Virus record (IMG/VR): IMGVR_UViG_3300050330_000101
Location: 1-41,857 of that record
Strand: one strand, 5' to 3'
Source: a virus
Taxonomy: Duplodnaviria > Caudoviricetes
DNA: 41,857 nucleotides
Both the position numbers and the translations under genes were made by a program. Shown here in pieces: positions 36,411 through 41,857 of this stretch (the stretch's first letter is position 1; the number at the start of each line of letters is the position of its first letter). The notes under the pieces are model-generated. The model did not search any database. It was not told where the DNA came from and was given only the letters and a program-made list of their open reading frames with translations.

Positions 36411-36923
36411 ATGGTGGACCAAACAGTTAAAGCACCATTCGCCTCGCTTATCCGAGATCGGCGCATCGCCATGGGGATGACGCAGGAAGAGTTGGCGCGG
36501 GAAGTCGGCTGTCCTCAGCAAACCATTGAGAAGATCGAGAAAGGGAAAACCAGGAAGAGTAGCTACTTCCCGGTGATATTTTCAAAGCTCGGCTTGGATC
36601 TGGGATTGCTCACAGGCGCAGCTTCTCTCCGGCTTGAACCGGCCGCGCCGCGAAAATTCCTGAAAACCTCAGCTTTCAAATTCTACATTGGCAAGTGGCG
36701 GGAATTCATGGGCGTTCCCGTCGTCGACGCCGCCAGGGCCGTCGGCCTACCTGCTGACGAGTACCAAGCGCACGAGACCTATCCGATCAATTTTACGCTC
36801 GGCCAAGTGGCTGCACTGGCCGATGAATTTGGTGTCCGGGGGGATCAATTCTGGTTTCCTCCGCCAAGGACTCACCGAAATCTCCAAGCACCAGCTGTAA
36901 GAAAGAAGGTCGCCAAGAAGTGA
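36411..36923 (+). CDS. CI-like repressor with two XRE HTH domains and no peptidase domain
   Basis: RDRRIAMGMTQEELAREVGCPQQTIEKIEKG; second HTH-like segment FYIGKWREFMG..VVDAARAVG; divergent from cro. Confidence 0.8.
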   Translation: MVDQTVKAPFASLIRDRRIAMGMTQEELAREVGCPQQTIEKIEKGKTRKSSYFPVIFSKLGLDLGLLTGAASLRLEPAAPRKFLKTSAFKFYIGKWREFMGVPVVDAARAVGLPADEYQAHETYPINFTLGQVAALADEFGVRGDQFWFPPPRTHRNLQAPAVRKKVAKK

Positions 36924-37303
36924 CGCGATTCCGACTAGCTACAACATCAATATTTCTGGCCGCTACCACCTTATCGGCGTGTGGTGTTCCTAGCTTGGTC
37001 AAAGGTCCGGTCTCGATTTACGCCGCCGAAGGGAAAGGTGACTTCCGCAAGGTTGCAAACTGTGTTTATGGCAAGTTCGACAGTACAAGAGAGGGCTGGT
37101 CGCAGGCTGAAATCCAAAAAACGGAATTGGACAACACCGCGCATGTCGATCGGCGAGCGAGCCCTACAATCCGAGAATGGCGAATAGCGATTACAGCTAT
37201 CGGACTGGCGCGGTCGCGAATGGAGTTCATTGCACTAGATCAGCCTATAACTTTCGGCGTCAATGAAAGGATATGGAAGACGGCGCTGGAATGCTTGGCC
37301 TGA
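36920..37303 (+). CDS. Putative lipoprotein
   Basis: Signal peptide with LSAC lipobox; coupled to the cI stop. Confidence 0.75.
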   Translation: MTRFRLATTSIFLAATTLSACGVPSLVKGPVSIYAAEGKGDFRKVANCVYGKFDSTREGWSQAEIQKTELDNTAHVDRRASPTIREWRIAITAIGLARSRMEFIALDQPITFGVNERIWKTALECLA

Positions 37304-37358
37304 TTAGGATTCACCATGGCCACTTGTGATCTAATCTCCAGCTAGAAAGCGCGCTGGC

Positions 37359-37604
37359 ATGGAATTCATCTTCCTCTTTTGGCTAGTTCTCGCAGTCGCG
37401 GTCGGCGCGGCGGCCAATGCGAGAGGCCGCAGCGGGATCGGCTGGTTCATTCTGGCCGTTCTGATCTCCCCAGTTCTTGCGTTGATATTTCTCATCGCGC
37501 TCCCGAGTCGCCGCGGCGAGCGAATAACCCGCGAGCAGATGGCGATCGACGATCGCGTTCTCCGCAGAAATACCGAGCGAAGCCGGAGAGAGACGGAACT
37601 TTGA
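37359..37604 (+). CDS. Small two-TM membrane protein
   Basis: W...AVAVGAAANARGRSGIGWFILAVLISP..ALIFLIALP. Confidence 0.75.
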   Translation: MEFIFLFWLVLAVAVGAAANARGRSGIGWFILAVLISPVLALIFLIALPSRRGERITREQMAIDDRVLRRNTERSRRETEL

Positions 37605-37605
37605 A

Positions 37606-38010
37606 ATGAGGCTATTGCCGCCCATCCTCGCGTGCCTTGCACTCACAAGCTGCGTGGGACCGCTTGTCCCGGTGACAAAGGTTGATGAAACAACGGCCAT
37701 TGAACTCGAGCAAACAATTCAAGCCTACGACGCCGCGTCCACACCGACGAATGCCACGGTCCTCGGGACGCTAACGGCAACGTCGTGCAAGAATAAGCTA
37801 TGGGATAAGCCGGCGACGAAAGAGGGCGCCATCGCGCAACTCAAATTGCTGTCACGACAGCGCGGTGGAAATGCGGTTGGCAATCTGACTTGTGAGGCTC
37901 AAGAGGGAACGAGTCTTGCGAAGAATTGCTGGGAATCCGTCGTCTGCACTGGGACTGCATTAAAAGTCGAGCCTGTGGGCGTGCACCCGACCAAGCCTCG
38001 CCGCCGGTAG
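37606..38010 (+). CDS. RcsF-like lipoprotein
   Basis: LTSC lipobox; LG.L.ATSC...A...L......GNAV..L.CE.......CW.SVVC.G.ALKV four-Cys pattern. Confidence 0.65.
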   Translation: MRLLPPILACLALTSCVGPLVPVTKVDETTAIELEQTIQAYDAASTPTNATVLGTLTATSCKNKLWDKPATKEGAIAQLKLLSRQRGGNAVGNLTCEAQEGTSLAKNCWESVVCTGTALKVEPVGVHPTKPRRR

Positions 38011-38093
38011 ACGCCTTCCCCTAAAGTTGCAAGAATCTGACTTGCCCTCACGTCATGGTTGCGCTTGGATAGCGCCAGGCTGGGGACTTTATC

Positions 38094-38513
38094 ATGCGTA
38101 TTTTGTGCGTTGCGGCGTGCTGTGTCGCGCTGGCGGGATGTGCGTCAAAGTCGTCTGAGATCACGGCGGCCTATGTTTCGCCTGTCATGTATCAAAATCA
38201 CACCTGCCAGCAACTGGCGCTAGAGGCGCAGGGCGTATCTGCGCGAGCAGCCCAAGTCGCCGGCGCGCAGGATGCCAAGCGAAGCAACGATGCCGTCGCC
38301 ACCGGCGTTGCCGTCGTCGTGTTCTGGCCAGCCGCGTTTCTCGTTGGTGGCGATGGGCCGACTGCGGCCGAACTTGGTCAACTCAAAGGGCAGATGGTTG
38401 CGATCGAGCAAGCTTCGATCGCCAAGAAGTGCGGAATCCAGTTTCAAGGCCCAGCGCCCGCCAGGAACATAAAGCGGCGCTCAGATCATCCACCATCGCG
38501 CGGACCCAAATAG
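38094..38513 (+). CDS. Putative lipoprotein
   Basis: LAGC lipobox; AAYVSP..Y....CQQL...GVAVVVFWPA..L...KKC. Confidence 0.75.
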   Translation: MRILCVAACCVALAGCASKSSEITAAYVSPVMYQNHTCQQLALEAQGVSARAAQVAGAQDAKRSNDAVATGVAVVVFWPAAFLVGGDGPTAAELGQLKGQMVAIEQASIAKKCGIQFQGPAPARNIKRRSDHPPSRGPK

Positions 38514-38545
38514 AAAACCCCGCCGGAGCGGGGTTTTCTTTCTTT
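38512..38545. terminator. Bidirectional rho-independent terminator
   Basis: AGAAAACCCCGC-CGGA-GCGGGGTTTTCT followed by TTCTTT, between convergent genes. Confidence 0.88.
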
Positions 38546-39158
38546 AGGCTGCCTCAGCATCGGAGGCGGGACCGCTGCGCCATTTACCGTCATCATCACC
38601 GCAGCAAACATCTTGATTGGCGCGACGGCAGAACCGAAACTCTAATTCGCTATCCACTGAATAAATGTGCTGTACTTTCATATCAAAAAACACCTTTCTA
38701 AATGCTTCCATCGCCTCTTTGGCGCGCTCCGGCGAGATGGCCCCTTGATCAATGGCGTCGTCGACCAAAGCGCTATTTCGACTGCCCATCTCCAAGAACG
38801 CATACATTCGGAAGAATTTCTCGTTCGTGGCAGATAGTGTCTTTGTACCCGTTTCGCACCGGCTATAGTGCTCGGCGGAAATATCCAACGCGTCAGCCAC
38901 CTCGTGCGACCTCATACGCAGCGCGGTCCTGATGTACTTCAGGTCATCTCCCGAGAGCTTCCGCGGATGCAGTACTCGTGACTGAACGATTGACGAAATA
39001 AGCCCTGGGAGGTCCGTGATCTCCGCTACAATTTTCCCAGCCTCGTTCGTCTTCTCAATCACTCCATTCAGAAGAAAAACTCTGAAAGGCGTCCCGAGCA
39101 CTCCCCCAAAATCTCGCGCAACAGGACCGCCCATAAAGTCATGCTGCATTTGGTTCAC
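38544..39158 (-). CDS. MqsA/HigA-like HTH antitoxin
   Basis: KLSGDDLKYIRTALRMRSHEVADALDISAEHYSRCETG; downstream of a small toxin-like gene. Confidence 0.7.
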   Translation of the reverse strand: MNQMQHDFMGGPVARDFGGVLGTPFRVFLLNGVIEKTNEAGKIVAEITDLPGLISSIVQSRVLHPRKLSGDDLKYIRTALRMRSHEVADALDISAEHYSRCETGTKTLSATNEKFFRMYAFLEMGSRNSALVDDAIDQGAISPERAKEAMEAFRKVFFDMKVQHIYSVDSELEFRFCRRANQDVCCGDDDGKWRSGPASDAEAA

Positions 39159-39498
39159 TGTCTTTCTCCTTCACCCTTGCTCCACGTATTTCGAGGACTT
39201 CTTCACTCGCAATGAAGAATACTGTTACTTCAACGGCACCAATGTCATCGTCCGCGTCCTCAAAAACGCATACACTCCCAGCTCCATCACACTTCTCCGC
39301 GCTAACGCAAAAGCCACGCGCCAGTGCCTGCACGGCGCGTGTGAGCGAAACGCCTTGGAGATTCTCCGGACAGAAACGCGTTACGTTTTCTGTCCCGGCG
39401 TATTCGAGAAACGACCTAACCCAACGCTCTTCCGGACTGTGACGGCGACGGCGACGGCCGGTCCGAAATTGCTGTGCGTCGCTGGTTTCCTCAGCCAT
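39139..39498 (-). CDS. Putative toxin (RelE/BrnT/DUF4258-like fold, divergent)
   Basis: About 120 aa, helix then beta-rich C-terminus, overlapping the antitoxin start; fold inferred from context. Confidence 0.4.
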   Translation of the reverse strand: MAEETSDAQQFRTGRRRRRHSPEERWVRSFLEYAGTENVTRFCPENLQGVSLTRAVQALARGFCVSAEKCDGAGSVCVFEDADDDIGAVEVTVFFIASEEVLEIRGARVKEKDSEPNAA

Positions 39499-39541
39499 CT
39501 TCTCGAAATCTCCTTATTGAAACATACGTAAAATAGGCCAT

Positions 39542-39582
39542 TCTTGATCAAAGATCAAGCAAAACTTGATCTTTGATCAAGA
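39542..39582. promoter_or_regulatory. Double operator CTTGATC-N3-GATCAAG forming an 18-bp perfect inverted repeat
   Basis: TCTTGATCAAAGATCAAG-CAAAA-CTTGATCTTTGATCAAGA upstream of the TA-like pair. Confidence 0.8.
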
Positions 39583-39626
39583 TGAATGGTATTATAATAT
39601 AGTACTAGCTTAGGGACCAGTCGCAA

Positions 39627-39905
39627 TTAGGACGACCGTGCCGCCGACGCCTCCTGCAGGAGATCGGCGAACGCATCGCAGACCTCTCGCCGTAGGCTGT
39701 CCCGCGGCATGTTGATGATGGTGGTGTCTGGGTCGGTCGGGTGCGGCTGGCCGGCCAAGGGGATGATCTTGTTTTCGAGGAATGGCCCTAGCTCTCGGAT
39801 GACCTCGAACGCGATCCCGGGGAATCGGCGCGAAAGCCCCTCTGCCACAAGGGCTTTCGTCATTTCGCTGGCGCCATCGTCAAAGCCGTAGAGAAACTTG
39901 GTCAT
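39627..39905 (-). CDS. Hypothetical protein, second gene of the SOS-box operon
   Basis: ATGA-coupled to 39902..40150. Confidence 0.7.
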   Translation of the reverse strand: MTKFLYGFDDGASEMTKALVAEGLSRRFPGIAFEVIRELGPFLENKIIPLAGQPHPTDPDTTIINMPRDSLRREVCDAFADLLQEASAARSS

Positions 39906-40150
39906 GCCGCTGCCCTCGCCTCGTCGGGGATCCGGCCGTAATGCGCCAGGAGGATCGGCTCCTCAGCGTCGCCGGCGTCCTGGTCGACCATCTGCGAAAA
40001 GGCAACGACGCCGACGACTTTCTCGCTGAGAAATTTTGCCTTGAGCCTAGCCTCGTCAGCATCGGCGACGGAGTACGACCGGCCGCCGATCAGCCGGTTT
40101 TTACCGTCAATTCCAAAGACTTGAACGAAATGCATCTGCTTGTACGCCAT
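39902..40150 (-). CDS. Small hypothetical protein under a LexA box
   Basis: GGAGG RBS; FVQVF...A..A...GVVAFS....D.GD.EEP.LLA.YG.IP. Confidence 0.8.
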   Translation of the reverse strand: MAYKQMHFVQVFGIDGKNRLIGGRSYSVADADEARLKAKFLSEKVVGVVAFSQMVDQDAGDAEEPILLAHYGRIPDEARAAA

Positions 40151-40186
40151 TACTTTCCTCCCTGCATGCGCACCGCCGTTGCATTA

Positions 40187-40201
40187 GAACAAAAAGAGAA
40201 C
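40187..40201 (-). promoter_or_regulatory. Alphaproteobacterial LexA (SOS) box GTTC-N7-GTTC
   Basis: GAAC AAAAAGA GAAC on the plus strand, 36 nt upstream of the ATG at 40150. Confidence 0.8.
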
Positions 40202-40220
40202 ATAGAGTCGAATCATTTCT

Positions 40221-40262
40221 TACACTTTTTGGTGTTGACTGATACACCAATTGGTGTATCAT
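40221..40262 (+). promoter_or_regulatory. OL-like region: two operators and the rightward early promoter
   Basis: TACACTTTTTGGTGTT (40221) and perfect palindrome GATACACCAATTGGTGTATC (40241); TTGACT-N16-TATCAT. Confidence 0.85.
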
Positions 40263-40309
40263 AGCCCCATCCTCTTCCGGATCATCCGGACGTCAGATGG
40301 AGCGGGATC

Positions 40310-40714
40310 ATGCAAGCCTACCGCCGACGGTCAGCGCAGTCCTTCCTCAACAGCCTCCGCGCCGTTCCGCTCTACAAGCATCATGAAACGCCGAAGGCAC
40401 TGCTCGTCTCGACAGACGGGATTCGCGCCAATGCGAAGTGGCTGTTTCCGCGGCGCGCGCTCGAGGAAGCTGCAGGGTCGCGGCCGGATTTCATCCTCGT
40501 CACCACCGAGGATTGGCGGCTGAAGAATTGCGGGCTCGCTCTCGCGCTCTACCGGCCTGAGTTGGCGTCACACTACTCCGAAGAAACGCGCCAGGAATGG
40601 GTGCGTCACGTCCAGGCCGCATCGAAGGCCAATCGCGCGATCTGGCGCGGCCTGCGTCGATCGAGTGTTCCGGCCGGGCTGGTCGGAGGCGCCTACGAGA
40701 GCATGGGGGCCTGA
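40310..40714 (+). CDS. Hypothetical early protein
   Basis: GGAG RBS; HETPKALLVS...AKW motif; first gene after the OL-like promoter. Confidence 0.7.
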   Translation: MQAYRRRSAQSFLNSLRAVPLYKHHETPKALLVSTDGIRANAKWLFPRRALEEAAGSRPDFILVTTEDWRLKNCGLALALYRPELASHYSEETRQEWVRHVQAASKANRAIWRGLRRSSVPAGLVGGAYESMGA

Positions 40715-40716
40715 CC

Positions 40717-40953
40717 ATGATCAATGGCAAGGACCCGCGCGAGCTACAGTCAGCGCCGGAGATCATTTCCGATCTCGCGCATCACCTCGTCGCTGGCCGA
40801 CAGGATCCGTCCGACCCCGATGCGGCCATCGAATATCTGCTGGGGCTCGAGCTGTATCGGCCGAGCATTGTGTGCCGGCATCTGGACGCCGCACTCGACG
40901 GAGCCGGCCAGATCTACATCGCAATGGAAATGTCACGCCGGGAGGTCGCCTAG
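40717..40953 (+). CDS. Hypothetical protein
   Basis: ATG 2 nt after the previous stop (MINGKDPREL...). Confidence 0.6.
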   Translation: MINGKDPRELQSAPEIISDLAHHLVAGRQDPSDPDAAIEYLLGLELYRPSIVCRHLDAALDGAGQIYIAMEMSRREVA

Positions 40954-40955
40954 CC

Positions 40956-41081
40956 ATGGCCGAACTGACCGCAGCATTCGTCCTTGGTTTGGTGATGGGT
41001 GCCTTCCTTGCCCTCGCCTGGATTCCGGAGCGCGTCGCTGTCGATGACGAGCCCACCGAACACGGGCCATTCCTGCGATGA
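40956..41081 (+). CDS. Small single-TM protein (41 aa)
   Basis: GGAGG RBS; MAELTAAFVLGLVMGAFLALAW; ATGA-coupled to the HNH gene. Confidence 0.6.
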   Translation: MAELTAAFVLGLVMGAFLALAWIPERVAVDDEPTEHGPFLR

Positions 41082-41455
41082 GTCGGCGTGAATTCAGCTC
41101 CAAGGTGAAACGCCTCGCATACGAACGCGCTGGCGGTCGGTGTGAGAACCTGCTCGACAACGGCGAGCGATGCCCCTGCACGTTGGGGCGCGGGAAATTC
41201 CACTATGACCACGACCTGCCGGACTGGATGGGAGGCGAGCCCACACTCGAGAACTGCGTCGTGCTTTGCATCCCCTGCCATCGCGAGAAGACGTCAGGTG
41301 TCGACATCCCAACCATCGCCAAGGCGAAGCGCATCCGAGATCGCGAGATTGGAATCGTCAAGCGCCGCAGGCTGCGCGGGCGCGGCTTCGACCGGCCCTG
41401 TCCTCAGCGCTCCGCCTCCCGACCCATCATCAAGCGCAACGAGGTGACGAAGTGA
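41078..41455 (+). CDS. HNH endonuclease-family protein
   Basis: GRCE...C...YDH......GG...LENC.VLC.PCH..KT. Confidence 0.85.
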   Translation: MSRREFSSKVKRLAYERAGGRCENLLDNGERCPCTLGRGKFHYDHDLPDWMGGEPTLENCVVLCIPCHREKTSGVDIPTIAKAKRIRDREIGIVKRRRLRGRGFDRPCPQRSASRPIIKRNEVTK

Positions 41456-41500
41456 ACACGAGCACCGTCAGCGACCACGATTCAGAGAGGGAGGCATAAA

Positions 41501-41857
41501 ATGGCTAAGGCGAAGAAGAAGTATGAATTCACCGGCGAAACGAAGATCGTCGCTGGCGTCAAGCTCCATCGCATCCGCGCCCTTGTCGCCATTGCCGCAA
41601 TCGGCGTCGCGGTCGGCGATCTCGGCGGATGGATCGAGAGCGAGAATAACCTTTCGCGGGTCTCCGGCGACGCGTGGGTCTCCGGCGACGCGCGGGTCTA
41701 CGGCGACGCGCAGGTCTCCGGCGACGCGCGGGTCTCCGGCGACGCGCGGGTCTTCGGCGACGCGCGGGTCTTCGGCGACGCGCGGGTCTTCGGCGACGCG
41801 CGGGTCTCCGGCGACGCGCGGGTCTCCGGCGACGCGCGGGTCTTCGGCGACGCGCGG
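41501..41857 (+). CDS. Hexapeptide-repeat (beta-helix) phage protein, 3' truncated; absent from the ORF track
   Basis: GGAGG RBS; MAKAKKKYEFTGETK...LHRIRAL...GDLGGWIESENNLS then (R/W/Q)V(S/Y/F)GDA x11. Confidence 0.85.
   Translation, partial: MAKAKKKYEFTGETKIVAGVKLHRIRALVAIAAIGVAVGDLGGWIESENNLSRVSGDAWVSGDARVYGDAQVSGDARVSGDARVFGDARVFGDARVFGDARVSGDARVSGDARVFGDAR
41657..41857 (+). repeat. 18-bp tandem repeat, at least 11 copies
   Basis: Consensus CGGGTCTHCGGCGACGCG, running to the window end. Confidence 0.97.

Larger units (their letters stand above)
1..41857. mobile_element. Temperate siphovirus-like prophage/phage genome segment (alphaproteobacterial host)
   Basis: Contiguous lysis, tail, head, packaging, replication and immunity modules; no host housekeeping genes; integrase and ends not in the window. 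Confidence 0.95.

Noticed and set aside
41657-41857. Possible CRISPR array
   Set aside because: Repeats are contiguous with no spacers and encode an in-frame hexapeptide repeat; no cas genes
1-41857. Integrase, att sites, tRNA genes
   Set aside because: None recognised; they probably lie beyond the right edge, so integrated versus free state cannot be decided

Overview
The whole window is a near-complete temperate siphovirus-type (pro)phage of an alphaproteobacterium. Its DnaA-domain-IV and GapR homologs resemble Bradyrhizobium/Rhodopseudomonas-group proteins, from recall rather than a search. Read right to left: a rightward early operon ending in an 18-bp tandem-repeat gene cut off by the window edge; a LexA-box operon; a TA-like pair; a lipoprotein moron cluster; a cI/cro switch with five ACAC-N6-GTGT operators; and a leftward early operon (CII-like, DnaA domain IV, GcrA-like, beta clamp, SNF2 helicase, DNA MTase, GapR, replication initiator, NusG paralog). 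Then come HNH/terS/terL (with a class 3 intein), an HK97-type head module with an embedded glycosyltransferase-like gene, a tail module with a -1 frameshift chaperone, and a lysis cassette. No integrase, att site, tRNA or CRISPR is visible. The most novel-looking elements are: an unannotated promoter/operator + 22-aa peptide + hairpin + XRE-HTH cassette; the head-module glycosyltransferase; the cluster of host cell-cycle regulator mimics; and an SOS-box operon paired with a repressor lacking a self-cleavage domain. All family calls come from motif recognition by eye.
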